Virus record (IMG/VR): IMGVR_UViG_3300035498_000530
Coordinates: 32,001-96,000 of that record
Length of the DNA stretch: 64,000 bases
Origin: a virus
Lineage: Duplodnaviria; Caudoviricetes
Direction: 5' to 3' (one strand)
The notes under the pieces were generated by a model. It had not been told where the DNA came from and ran no database searches. It saw only the letters and a list, made by a program, of their open reading frames with translations. Shown in pieces: positions 40,503 through 50,283 of this stretch. Within the stretch, counting starts at the first letter, position 1. Each line of letters opens with the position of its first letter. The position numbers and the translations under genes were made by a program.

Positions 40503-41642
40503 TTATTTTCTTCCATCATATGATGGAAAATTCTTATCTGGTGCTACAGTATTTAAATTATCCATCCAAGAAGTATTTCTATTATTAAATAAAGCCGCAC
40601 CAGCATCATATGGATTATTAGAATTAGACTCTAATGATGAAACTCTATATTCATCTTTACTTAATGAGAATATAGAATCTTTTATAGATTCGATAAGCTT
40701 TTGAGAAATATATAATAAAAATTCTTTTTCATTCTTAGACATTCTTGATCTTTTAATAGAATCTTCTATATTTTCAATTTCAGAAGAAGCATTTACATAA
40801 TTACGTTTCTTAAATATAGTAAATCGCAAATTATCTTTAATTGAGTCATATGGCATATTAAGTTCTTTACAAGAAGATATAGACTCAAGTAATTTTATTA
40901 TAAATTCATATGATTTTTGTTTTGGCTGGTATGATTCATCAAAGTATTTTGAATATTCATCATCAAATAACTTAAAATACTCATAAGTTTGTTTATCATT
41001 ATTACGACTCTCTAAATTAATCATTAGATCATATATTCTTGAATAATGGGCTGGATTTTGTCTATATAAAAATAAGGTGAATGGTATTTCATCTGTTTTA
41101 TCATCCAGATTATAATTAGCAACATAAGTTGCAAGATAGTATCTAAATATATCTGGTATACTATCATATATAAACTTTGCCAATAGTATATAATTAGGAG
41201 TTTTGCAATCTCCTAAAAATTGTTTAATATCAAACTTTCCCTTAAAAGCATAGCACCATGAACAATTATATATTCTTTCACCATTTGCGCCAGTATAATT
41301 AGTATTATATAAAATACTGTATAATATATCTACTTTATTTACATTAACACCCTGATTATATAAAGATTCAGCATTTAAAAGTTCATAATGCGGTATTTGA
41401 AGATATTTAGTATAAAAATCATCTGATGATCTTATATATTTACTGATTGGATCAATAATCCTATAAAAATCATCATTTATGGTTTTATAATTTGAATTAT
41501 CAAACAAATCTATAGTTGTACCTTCATATAAAGCAATAGTTAAACTACTCATAAATTCATGATATGATCTTTGATTAGAAATGATATCATATAACTTATA
41601 ATTATAATTTTGAGTATTGTTGCAATTTTCTTTCTTGTCCAT
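40503..41642 (-). CDS. Hypothetical early protein, helical family
   Basis: Leader cassette upstream; paralog of 38889-40322. Confidence 0.65.
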   Translation of the reverse strand: MDKKENCNNTQNYNYKLYDIISNQRSYHEFMSSLTIALYEGTTIDLFDNSNYKTINDDFYRIIDPISKYIRSSDDFYTKYLQIPHYELLNAESLYNQGVNVNKVDILYSILYNTNYTGANGERIYNCSWCYAFKGKFDIKQFLGDCKTPNYILLAKFIYDSIPDIFRYYLATYVANYNLDDKTDEIPFTLFLYRQNPAHYSRIYDLMINLESRNNDKQTYEYFKLFDDEYSKYFDESYQPKQKSYEFIIKLLESISSCKELNMPYDSIKDNLRFTIFKKRNYVNASSEIENIEDSIKRSRMSKNEKEFLLYISQKLIESIKDSIFSLSKDEYRVSSLESNSNNPYDAGAALFNNRNTSWMDNLNTVAPDKNFPSYDGRK

Positions 41643-41789
41643 AATTCTTATCCTTTCTTGTATCTTTTAAGATACTTATGTACATATTTATTATTAGCTT
41701 AGTACAATCGCTATATTTTATACTAATATAATATGTGGTTAAATGGCATTTAACAAAAAATAAAACCCTAGTAGTATGAACTACTAGGG
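41643..41789 (-). repeat. Early-gene cassette repeat, copy 2 (diverged loop)
   Basis: AATATAGCGATTGTACTAAGCTA...GTACATAAGTATCTTAAAAGATACAAGAAAGGA. Confidence 0.85.
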
Positions 41790-42325
41790 CTATTACTAAT
41801 CATAATATTAATATTTAAGTATTTACTACCAAATTCTTTTTCTAAATCTTCTAATATTTCATCTAACCATTCCATACGATTGTAAATAGGTGTAACAGGA
41901 TAAGTATTATTATTTTGCTCAATCTCAATAATAGGACTTATAGTAGGAATTAATGTTTTAATAGGTTTCAATTGATTATATTCTTCTGATCTATGAATTT
42001 CAGCTATAACATAGTAATCATAGAATCTATTTTCTCCTATATCATTAGCAGATTCTATAGTAGAATAGTCATCGCCTATATCTATAATCTTAAATCCGTA
42101 TCCATCAATATTGTTCAAGGAACATAGTTTATTAGTAATTCCAATACCAAAATCACTATATCTCCACTTTACATATTCATACTCTATATAATAGTATGGA
42201 GTTTCTTTTCCATTACCACTATAATACTTTATTGTATCTGCATAAGATAACTCTCTATAAAGATTCTTTATCTCTTCAAATGCTTTATTTTCGCATAATA
42301 TTATTACCTGAGATCTGAATCCCAT
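41768..42325 (-). CDS. Hypothetical protein
   Basis: MGFRSQV start with AGAAAGGA RBS; VKW and IGDD motifs common in small phage proteins. Confidence 0.6.
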   Translation of the reverse strand: MGFRSQVIILCENKAFEEIKNLYRELSYADTIKYYSGNGKETPYYYIEYEYVKWRYSDFGIGITNKLCSLNNIDGYGFKIIDIGDDYSTIESANDIGENRFYDYYVIAEIHRSEEYNQLKPIKTLIPTISPIIEIEQNNNTYPVTPIYNRMEWLDEILEDLEKEFGSKYLNINIMISNSPSSSYY

Positions 42326-42837
42326 AATTGATCATCCTTTCTATCTTCATCTTCTTCATAAATTATAGACATTGCTGATTCAATATCAAGACTAAAAATA
42401 TCAGTTTTATCTTGATATATAATTGGATATACAACTACAGACCTAATAACACAATCGTATTCGGGATGAGCATCACTAAATATATCTTTATTATGATTGT
42501 ATAATGCTATTGCTTCTGTTTTTGCTTCGTGCAGTGATGTGTAAATATCAGTACTATGACAAACAAAAGTACCCTGTCTAAATCCATCTACATGAAATAC
42601 TTCTGTAAATTGCCCAAAATAGTAAGTATTTGATTCTGGTTCCAGAAGCATTATAGTTTTAATAGAAGATTCATCATCATCCCATCTATCGGACTCTTTT
42701 AAATACTCTATTAATTTTTCTTTAGACTCAGAGAAACAATCAACAAGTCCATATACATTATTATACATTTTATGATAATGAATATAGAATAACTTTCTTT
42801 TGATTTCTCTTACATTGTCCTTGGTTTCAGCATCCAT
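42304..42837 (-). CDS. SESKE-domain family protein (1 copy)
   Basis: SESKEKLIEYL....L.EPE..YY...IY.S..EA. Confidence 0.65.
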   Translation of the reverse strand: MDAETKDNVREIKRKLFYIHYHKMYNNVYGLVDCFSESKEKLIEYLKESDRWDDDESSIKTIMLLEPESNTYYFGQFTEVFHVDGFRQGTFVCHSTDIYTSLHEAKTEAIALYNHNKDIFSDAHPEYDCVIRSVVVYPIIYQDKTDIFSLDIESAMSIIYEEDEDRKDDQLWDSDLR

Positions 42838-42839
42838 AT

Positions 42840-43751
42840 TTAATCATCCTTTCTATTATATCCAGTTGTAAAATAATTGTAACGTTGAAAATGATAAATG
42901 CCATCTTCTTTGAATTTAACGCTTCTGTATAAATATATACATTTATACATATACTCGACTCTTTCATATCTAGAATCGCATTTACCATAAAAATTATCCA
43001 TAATCCTTTTGGTATCCTTTATTGCTTCTCTATATGAAACATATATGGTTGGAGACCAAGCGCTAACAATAGGATCATCATCTTCACTAGTATTTGAATA
43101 CCAATGGCTTTCTGTAATAAAATATGATGATGATTCTGGAACTCTTATAGTACTTATATAGCTATCATTATAATAACCATCAATATTATTACGTTTATCT
43201 GTAAGATACTCTATTAATTTTTCTTTAGATTCTGACATTACTCTGCATGCATCTCTAAAATAAATATAAAAAGTTTTAATTTTATTATCATCTACATTAT
43301 CATCGTAATCCAGGAGTTCAATATTACTATCTTCATAATAGTCTCCAATTTCTTCAGAATGAACTTTAGATATTATAATAACAGTTTTATATGCTTCCTT
43401 TCCTTCCTTAAAATGATTATTATACAATTCATTAGATTTGACTTTTGCATAATCATAATCTGTATATACATTATCATAATAGTTCAAAGCATCACAATTA
43501 TCAGAACATATTGTATTCCAATAAACTGCCTCTGTATATCCTGACTGATAATAAGTTTCAGCTTCAGGAAGATATATTGTTTCTACAATAGGATTATCCA
43601 CACACTGCAGAAGATTTGATACTTGATCTTCTGATTTGCATATAAATCTCACTCGCCTACCAGAAACAACATTAATTCCCTTTTCATATATTGCATAAAG
43701 CATCTCTACGCAATTATTCTTTATTGGATTGGTTTTTCTTTCTTCTTCCAT
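42840..43751 (-). CDS. SESKE-domain family protein (2 copies)
   Basis: Tandem domains; leader cassette upstream. Confidence 0.65.
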   Translation of the reverse strand: MEEERKTNPIKNNCVEMLYAIYEKGINVVSGRRVRFICKSEDQVSNLLQCVDNPIVETIYLPEAETYYQSGYTEAVYWNTICSDNCDALNYYDNVYTDYDYAKVKSNELYNNHFKEGKEAYKTVIIISKVHSEEIGDYYEDSNIELLDYDDNVDDNKIKTFYIYFRDACRVMSESKEKLIEYLTDKRNNIDGYYNDSYISTIRVPESSSYFITESHWYSNTSEDDDPIVSAWSPTIYVSYREAIKDTKRIMDNFYGKCDSRYERVEYMYKCIYLYRSVKFKEDGIYHFQRYNYFTTGYNRKDD

Positions 43752-43894
43752 AATTTGTCCTTTCTTGTACTTATTGTACTTATGTATTATTTAATGACTC
43801 AACATAATTGTCATATTATACAAATCTATAATATATAGTCATATGGTATTTAAATTATAAAAAATAAAACCCTAGTAGAATGAACTACTAGGGT
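43752..43894 (-). repeat. Early-gene cassette repeat, copy 3
   Basis: AATATGACAATTATGTTGAGTCATTAAATAATACATAAGTACAATAAGTACAAGAAAGGA. Confidence 0.9.
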
Positions 43895-43902
43895 ACTTTT
43901 AT

Positions 43903-44334
43903 TTAGTCTTCGATAGTGCTTATAGTTTCAAGAACATAAGCATCTTCTCCTCTGCCTTTGATAAGCATATATAATGTTTTCTCTGATGATTGCAATTCAT
44001 ATGTCTGATTTTGTCTGCAAAACATACCTTTATTATTTCTATAAAGATCTTCAAGATTCTCTTTAGATTTAGTAGATAATATGCAGATATTTCCATAATA
44101 TGGAATAAATTTTTCGTCTCCTTCATCATTAGAGACCCATTCAGCATATTCAGCTTGATAATATGCATCTTGTTCTGGAAGTCTCAAAGTTATTAATCTT
44201 TTATTAATATCTTCTTGATTCTTCCATCTTTTGCTTATATATTGATATACTAGTTCTTTTGACTCAGACATGTATCTTACAAGGCCTCCGTCATTATAAG
44301 CATAAAATATCTTTGAATTTCTATCAAATAACAT
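43903..44334 (-). CDS. SESKE-domain family protein (1 copy)
   Basis: MSESKELV...LRLPEQDAYYQAEYAEW. Confidence 0.65.
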   Translation of the reverse strand: MLFDRNSKIFYAYNDGGLVRYMSESKELVYQYISKRWKNQEDINKRLITLRLPEQDAYYQAEYAEWVSNDEGDEKFIPYYGNICILSTKSKENLEDLYRNNKGMFCRQNQTYELQSSEKTLYMLIKGRGEDAYVLETISTIED

Positions 44335-44336
44335 AA

Positions 44337-45218
44337 TTAGTTATCCTCTTTTCTTATTACTTTACTAAGACTCTTATAGTTGTTAAGACAATAAAAGCCG
44401 TCTCCATCTTCTTCATATGAATATATAGTCACGTTACCAAAAAGATATTTGTATTTATTAGAAGTAATTTTATTATCTTCATAAATATCAAATGCTCTTC
44501 TTTCTGCTTCAGCGGCTGATAAACAAACGTTAGTATTATAAGATTTAGACATAACAGGATTTTTACCAAAACTAAACCATTCTTCATAGCATCCTATATA
44601 ATAAATATCACTACTTGGAAGTTTCAATTCAATTATTGCATCTTTATTGATGTTATTCCAACTTGATATTTCACTAATAAGATCTTCTTTAGACTCTGAC
44701 ATTATTCTTATTACACCCTGTTCAACATAAGCATAAATCGTTTTAAAATCTTTATTATCAGTATCCTTTTTATCATCTATATATTCAGTATTAGTAACTG
44801 CATAGTATTCCCCAATATAGCGAGTATTTACTTTGGATATTGTGTTTATTACATTATATGACTCTACTCCTTCTTTAGAATGATCATTATATAATCTTTC
44901 ACCATCCATTACAGCATCATTATAGTTTGCATATACATCACCATAATATTCAATAGTATCACGAACATAATCTCTATTTACTTTACGATAAATTACTTCA
45001 TGATATCCCGCCTGATAATATACATCTGATTTTTGAAAGTGGAGTTTCATAGCACATAAATTTTTATTTCTCAACAGTTTAAATGCCTGATCCTCTGAAT
45101 CACTTAAATATTTGATTTTAAAGTGACCTTCTGATAATGAATAACGTACTACATAATCATCTTTAGTTTCATTTGCATTTTCGTTTTCATTAACTTTCAT
45201 TTCTTCATTTTCTTCCAT
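44337..45218 (-). CDS. SESKE-domain family protein (2 copies)
   Basis: Paralog of 42840-43751; leader cassette upstream. Confidence 0.65.
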   Translation of the reverse strand: MEENEEMKVNENENANETKDDYVVRYSLSEGHFKIKYLSDSEDQAFKLLRNKNLCAMKLHFQKSDVYYQAGYHEVIYRKVNRDYVRDTIEYYGDVYANYNDAVMDGERLYNDHSKEGVESYNVINTISKVNTRYIGEYYAVTNTEYIDDKKDTDNKDFKTIYAYVEQGVIRIMSESKEDLISEISSWNNINKDAIIELKLPSSDIYYIGCYEEWFSFGKNPVMSKSYNTNVCLSAAEAERRAFDIYEDNKITSNKYKYLFGNVTIYSYEEDGDGFYCLNNYKSLSKVIRKEDN

Positions 45219-45360
45219 AATCTTGTCCTTTCTTGTACTTATTGTACTTATGTATTATTATTTAGCTCAACATAATTGCCATATTATTATACAGATCTAT
45301 AATATATAGTCAAAGTATATTTAAATTATAAAAAATAAAAGACTGCCATAAGACAGTCTT
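45219..45360 (-). repeat. Early-gene cassette repeat, copy 4
   Basis: AATATGGCAATTATGTTGAGCTAAATAATAATACATAAGTACAATAAGTACAAGAAAGGA; different terminator (AAGACTG/CAGTCTT). Confidence 0.9.
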
Positions 45361-45374
45361 TATTTATTAATCAA

Positions 45375-46553
45375 TCAGTAATGTACATTATACATATTCT
45401 CATAATCCCGAACAATACTATCCATGAAAATTAATTTTTTCTTTTCTTTGTTTAAATATGTATTATTATTAAAATACAACTTATCATACATCTCATCAGA
45501 AATTGTATCTTTGATTGATTCTTCATATTCTTTCATTACCCTATAGCACTCCTTATAAAGTTCTATTAATCCCTTTCTAATACCAGAATTATAATCTTTA
45601 TCAAAAAGACTAATGTTTGATATAATATAAATCATTTCATCAATAAACTTTGTCATATCTTCAAAATTAACCCTATTTATTATTACAGGCATTGAATTTT
45701 CTGATGATGGCTGCTTTACTACATATCTATGATGCTTATAAATCAATATAGCCTCAACCAATGCGTATATATATGTCAGCATAGCATTTAAAGACTCTTC
45801 ATCATGTAAACCACGACTTTCATTAAAATAACTCTGTATTTTGTTAGCATCTATTGTAGGTTTTGGTTTATTGTTTAATGAAAAAGGATCATAGTAATCT
45901 GGTGCTGGATGCATTATAGTATTGTATATATCAGTATGCTCAGATTCTGATATTTCAATATATGAATGAAAACTAATAACCCATTTAAAATTAAGCGGAT
46001 TTCTCTTAGTAAATTTCTCAAATATATTATCAAAATGTATATGTATATATCTTTGAATAATACTAGGAGCCATGTATGCAAAGATTGACATAAAAGCGGC
46101 AGAAGAATTAGTTATTTCATCTTTCTTATAATTTTCATAATTTCTTATATTGGTATATCTAATATTATTTGGATTGATCAAATTACGAGCTATATTAGTA
46201 TAGAATATATTGGATCGATTATCATTTATCAATCTATCCTGTAAATAATTAAAAAATCCATCAGGATCACGATAATTAGATTTATTGTATTCATAGTGGT
46301 ATCTAATAAATTCATCATCTGAAACAGAATACAGCATTTTAAACTCTTTAGAATCCACATTATCTTTAATAGTATTTATAAATTCTATAAAATAATTATA
46401 AACTATTGGATCATCAGACATATATGGTTCTACGTACTTCCAAATACTGTCTACATCATTTTTACGATATATCATATTTGCAATATCTCGTGTAAATTTG
46501 TAATACAGTGTTGAACTTGTCATGATACTAAAAATAGTTTTCTTTTCTTCCAT
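45375..46553 (-). CDS. Hypothetical early protein, helical family
   Basis: Leader cassette upstream; Y.KFT.D.A..Y and P.II..Y shared with 38889-40322. Confidence 0.65.
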   Translation of the reverse strand: MEEKKTIFSIMTSSTLYYKFTRDIANMIYRKNDVDSIWKYVEPYMSDDPIVYNYFIEFINTIKDNVDSKEFKMLYSVSDDEFIRYHYEYNKSNYRDPDGFFNYLQDRLINDNRSNIFYTNIARNLINPNNIRYTNIRNYENYKKDEITNSSAAFMSIFAYMAPSIIQRYIHIHFDNIFEKFTKRNPLNFKWVISFHSYIEISESEHTDIYNTIMHPAPDYYDPFSLNNKPKPTIDANKIQSYFNESRGLHDEESLNAMLTYIYALVEAILIYKHHRYVVKQPSSENSMPVIINRVNFEDMTKFIDEMIYIISNISLFDKDYNSGIRKGLIELYKECYRVMKEYEESIKDTISDEMYDKLYFNNNTYLNKEKKKLIFMDSIVRDYENMYNVHY

Positions 46554-46700
46554 AATCTTATCCTTTCTTATATCTTCTTAAGATACCTATGTATTATTTA
46601 ATGACTCAACATAATTGTCATATTATTATACTACTATAATATATAATCATGTATACTAAAAATAACAAAAAATAAAACCCTAGTATTAATTACTAGGGTT
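46554..46700 (-). repeat. Early-gene cassette repeat, copy 5
   Basis: AATATGACAATTATGTTGAGTCATTAAATAATACATAGGTATCTTAAGAAGATATAAGAAAGGA. Confidence 0.9.
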
Positions 46701-46710
46701 ATTATCTTGT

Positions 46711-47253
46711 TTAAACTGATTCTTTTTCAGTTAATAATCTTAATCTGATTTCTCTCATCTTATCTGCACTCAACTCAGGTTTAGAATAACTGCTTATATT
46801 TATATTATCAAATAATCCAATAGCAAGTTGTAAATCTTGTTCATAAGTATATTCATCTTTTTCAATATCAGATTGGTACTTCTCTTGGTTGTGCACATGA
46901 TGTTCCTTAAGAAGTATTAATGTAATCCCTCTTAAAACATTTTCAACTATATTACCATAAATAATATGATAATCGCTAGGTAAATTTTCTTTAACTTTAC
47001 TTACAAGAATATTATGTAATTTAGTTATGCCTTCATCTGTAAACATATCATCAATGTTTCTATCTTTTGACAAATAATGAAAAATATATAATTCCTTTAA
47101 TCTATTTTCATAAATCTCAATAGTATTATTGATACATTGTTCTACTTCAGCCTTGATATATTCATCAAAATTAATTTGTTCAGTTAATCCACGTCTAATA
47201 CGTTCAATTGATTCTTCGCTTAATTTTCCATTACACATGTTTTCTTTATTCAT
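46711..47253 (-). CDS. Hypothetical early protein (start corrected to 47253)
   Basis: AGAAAGGA RBS of cassette copy 6 lies before the ATG at 47253. Confidence 0.6.
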   Translation of the reverse strand: MNKENMCNGKLSEESIERIRRGLTEQINFDEYIKAEVEQCINNTIEIYENRLKELYIFHYLSKDRNIDDMFTDEGITKLHNILVSKVKENLPSDYHIIYGNIVENVLRGITLILLKEHHVHNQEKYQSDIEKDEYTYEQDLQLAIGLFDNINISSYSKPELSADKMREIRLRLLTEKESV

Positions 47254-47403
47254 AACTTTTTCCTTTCTTGTACTCATTTGTACCTATGTATTATTATTTA
47301 GCTCAACATAATTGCTATATTATTATACTACTATAATATGTAATCATTGTAATTATATTTAACAAAAGATATCCCTAAGGAATTTACTATGTTCCTTAGG
47401 GAT
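47254..47403 (-). repeat. Early-gene cassette repeat, copy 6
   Basis: AATATAGCAATTATGTTGAGCTAAATAATAATACATAGGTACAAATGAGTACAAGAAAGGA; terminator of second family ATCCCTAAGGAA/TTCCTTAGGGAT (related copies near 19746 and 57847). Confidence 0.9.
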
Positions 47404-47409
47404 AAATGT

Positions 47410-47742
47410 TTAGTCGTCTTTAAATGCTACATTTAGAATTCTTAGTCTTACTGTCTCATAATACTTAATAAGCATATTTTTTCCATATCTTACTTCCATG
47501 GTTTCAATATCTTCTATAAATTTTCTTTTTACGTTATATATGATTCTGTTAGCAACAGATTCATCTAATCCAAAATCTCTAGCTAATATCATTAGTTCTC
47601 TATCCTGAGATTTAAAATCATGTGTAGTCATAGAGTTTAACTTCTCTTGAGAATATGACATATTAGCTCTTTTATTTTTATCATAATATTGATCTGGTCC
47701 GTATGTATAATCATATTGAATTGAACCATAATGGGTCGACAT
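47410..47742 (-). CDS. Hypothetical protein
   Basis: GGAGGT RBS; last gene of the tmk-thyX operon. Confidence 0.55.
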   Translation of the reverse strand: MSTHYGSIQYDYTYGPDQYYDKNKRANMSYSQEKLNSMTTHDFKSQDRELMILARDFGLDESVANRIIYNVKRKFIEDIETMEVRYGKNMLIKYYETVRLRILNVAFKDD

Positions 47743-47744
47743 AC

Positions 47745-48200
47745 TTATACCTCCGATGTGTTATTTTCGACTATCAAGTCAGTTACTCCTAAATATATGT
47801 AATGAGCAATTATATCAAATGGATCACTAAAATACATAAATAATACAGTTAATATCTGATCTGATATTCTATATTTAACACGACTGAGGACTTGCTTTCG
47901 AAGATCCATTTCATCTTCTTCTGTAAGATATTCTTTATTCTGAATCGTCGTAGGATTCAATATTAATACTTCTTTTATAGATTCATCTACAATAAGCTTT
48001 ATATATTCTATAGTATTCTTATATCCTTGAACTATATCAAGCTGAGATACCATAGTATTAGATGTATATATAGCTTTTCTCTCAAAGAATAATGAGATAA
48101 GAGCTTTTCCAATGAAGTACATTCCTGTATATAATATTACAAAGAATACTATCATCATAATAGCCATAAATATCTGGTAATTAAGCATCGTATATGTCAC
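47745..48200 (-). CDS. Hypothetical membrane protein
   Basis: N-terminal TM; EYIK..VDE.I...L...V.S.VK resembles 46711-47253. Confidence 0.55.
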   Translation of the reverse strand: MTYTMLNYQIFMAIMMIVFFVILYTGMYFIGKALISLFFERKAIYTSNTMVSQLDIVQGYKNTIEYIKLIVDESIKEVLILNPTTIQNKEYLTEEDEMDLRKQVLSRVKYRISDQILTVLFMYFSDPFDIIAHYIYLGVTDLIVENNTSEV

Positions 48201-49341
48201 CTCCTAATGATCTTATGTATGGAGTTAATACTTTATCTAAAGACAAAGCATACTTTCTTATCTCATCCTGAGCATGTGGATCTGTTCTTAACTCTATAAA
48301 CTTCTTATAATTACCCAAAGTCATAGTCATATACAATTCATAACAGTTTGTATTATTAAGAAGTACTGCTCTAGCATCTTCTTTTTTAATACCCTGTGAT
48401 ACTAAATTTGAATAATTATTAGTAGCATTGTAAAAGAGAAGATTACATAACTGACTGAATTCGAATTCTCCTTCAAGACCTTCAACACTATATAACTGTC
48501 CTTTATAAGCATCCGGATTAGGAACAGTAAATGAAGCATGAGAAGAATCTACATATCTCTGACTCTGCTGAGTAATACCATTTCTATGTCTTACTAATTG
48601 ATGAGTTGCTGTTCTAGAAGCATTAATGAATCTTACAGTTACAGTACTAGTATTAAGTATATCAAGTGGAAGATTTCTATATCTATTATTAGATATCTCA
48701 GAAAATGTAGTATCTCCTGATATAATCTCTACATACTTATCATCTACACCAAATAACTTCTTTCCTTCTTCTTTCAATTCTTCATTAAGCTTCTCTATAT
48801 CTTCTGGACTATATGTATTCAAGCTATCTGACTCTGAAAATACATCAAATTCACTAATCGGGAATGTTTCTGCATAATCAACAGATCCAAATAAATCTTT
48901 TCCCCATGATGTATTTTCTATTATAGCTATAAGCATTTCTTCTATAATTAAGCATATTGAATCATCATCATATAACTTTGAATCTGCATATACCATATTA
49001 AATAAATGGATATATCCTCTAATAGATCCACTTATAATAATAGATGCTAACAAATCTTCATTCTCATAAGAATAATCCTTCAACTGGAATACGTTAAGAT
49101 ATTTACAATATGTAAGTAATGTAATTATATCTTCCAAACACAAAGCATAAGAGATATCAACTCTCATAGATATATTAGAGTGCTCTAATACGCTAGTATG
49201 ACCACTCTTTATTCTTCTCTTAATATAATCAAGTTTACCTTCTCTATCCTCAGGTAATTTAGTATTATAGCATGATGAGCATGCCTTACTACAAATATCA
49301 ACAGCATCATTATATCCTAAAATCTCTATATCTACACACAT
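48181..49341 (-). CDS. thyX: FAD-dependent thymidylate synthase ThyX (long form)
   Basis: GHTSVLEH, THQLVRHR, QQSQRYV, EDAR.VL, HAQDEIR. Confidence 0.92.
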   Translation of the reverse strand: MCVDIEILGYNDAVDICSKACSSCYNTKLPEDREGKLDYIKRRIKSGHTSVLEHSNISMRVDISYALCLEDIITLLTYCKYLNVFQLKDYSYENEDLLASIIISGSIRGYIHLFNMVYADSKLYDDDSICLIIEEMLIAIIENTSWGKDLFGSVDYAETFPISEFDVFSESDSLNTYSPEDIEKLNEELKEEGKKLFGVDDKYVEIISGDTTFSEISNNRYRNLPLDILNTSTVTVRFINASRTATHQLVRHRNGITQQSQRYVDSSHASFTVPNPDAYKGQLYSVEGLEGEFEFSQLCNLLFYNATNNYSNLVSQGIKKEDARAVLLNNTNCYELYMTMTLGNYKKFIELRTDPHAQDEIRKYALSLDKVLTPYIRSLGGDIYDA

Positions 49342-49342
49342 A

Positions 49343-50089
49343 TTATTTATCCTCCCTTGATTCGTCTATTATACGTTTTATAATATCCATTACATATGAA
49401 TTGAAATAATCAGTAACTTCTCTATTTTCATCAAAACATGAAAGACTATCTACAAGCAATAGCATACTACGACCTGGAATCTTAGCATAGTCTTTTGAGT
49501 ATTCATGTATCATATAAAACTTTTCACTATAGTGATAGTCATATACTTTAGAAAGATAGTCAGTATTACTCTCTATCTTATCTAATTTATCTGTTCTAGC
49601 TTTCATTAATTCTAAAGCTTTATCATAACTTTGTCTAAGAAGAACTACAAGATTTGGTAATGGTATACCAAATTCATTGTGTTCCATATTAGTTATGATA
49701 TTATAATCTTCTATATCATTAGCTTGATATATTATATTTGATAAAGTCCATCTATCTGTAACTATGATAGCATTCGGATCTTCAAATATTTCTTTATTTT
49801 TCATAACAGTATCGAATCTATTCATACAATAAAAGTATGCTGGGATCTTGCCTGTAAATTCAGATGGATCTCCATATACTCCATTTACATAATTCCTTAC
49901 AAATATAGATTCTTCTGCTCCATATGTTATACTATTAAAGAGATATACCTTTGCCTCAGGATATATCTTTTTCAATAAACCTACAACAATAACTGCTATT
50001 GTTGATTTAAAACTGTAATCTGGACCTTCAAAGTCTATTATAGTAGCTTTACAATCTACCATAGGACTTGTAGATCTAGTATTTTCCAT
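49343..50089 (-). CDS. tmk: Thymidylate (dTMP) kinase-like
   Basis: P-loop FEGPDYSFKST; DRW..SN..YQ; P.P.LVVLL; adjacent to thyX. Confidence 0.85.
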   Translation of the reverse strand: MENTRSTSPMVDCKATIIDFEGPDYSFKSTIAVIVVGLLKKIYPEAKVYLFNSITYGAEESIFVRNYVNGVYGDPSEFTGKIPAYFYCMNRFDTVMKNKEIFEDPNAIIVTDRWTLSNIIYQANDIEDYNIITNMEHNEFGIPLPNLVVLLRQSYDKALELMKARTDKLDKIESNTDYLSKVYDYHYSEKFYMIHEYSKDYAKIPGRSMLLLVDSLSCFDENREVTDYFNSYVMDIIKRIIDESREDK

Positions 50090-50145
50090 ATAAATCGACC
50101 TCCATATTTTATATTTATTTTAAAGTTCTTCCAGTATTATATTAT

Positions 50146-50283
50146 TAAACAAAGGAGCGCCCAGTAGACCGATCCTACTGGGCATAATTTGTAACAATAC
50201 ATACAAGAAAGGTTTAATGGAAATCTTATATTCCAACTTATGAAACTTAAGGGACATTTATGGACAATATTTTATTGACCCTC
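50146..50283 (-). ncRNA. Candidate late antisense sRNA C (~138 nt)
   Basis: AACA-TATAAG-TG at 50294-50283; stem GCCCAGTAG/CTACTGGGC 50159-50183; complementary to early-gene RBS/start regions. Confidence 0.6.

Noticed and set aside
38723-47403. CRISPR-like array suggested by recurring repeats
   Set aside because: Repeats are 100-150 nt regulatory cassettes separated by whole genes, not 30-40 nt spacers; no cas genes seen.
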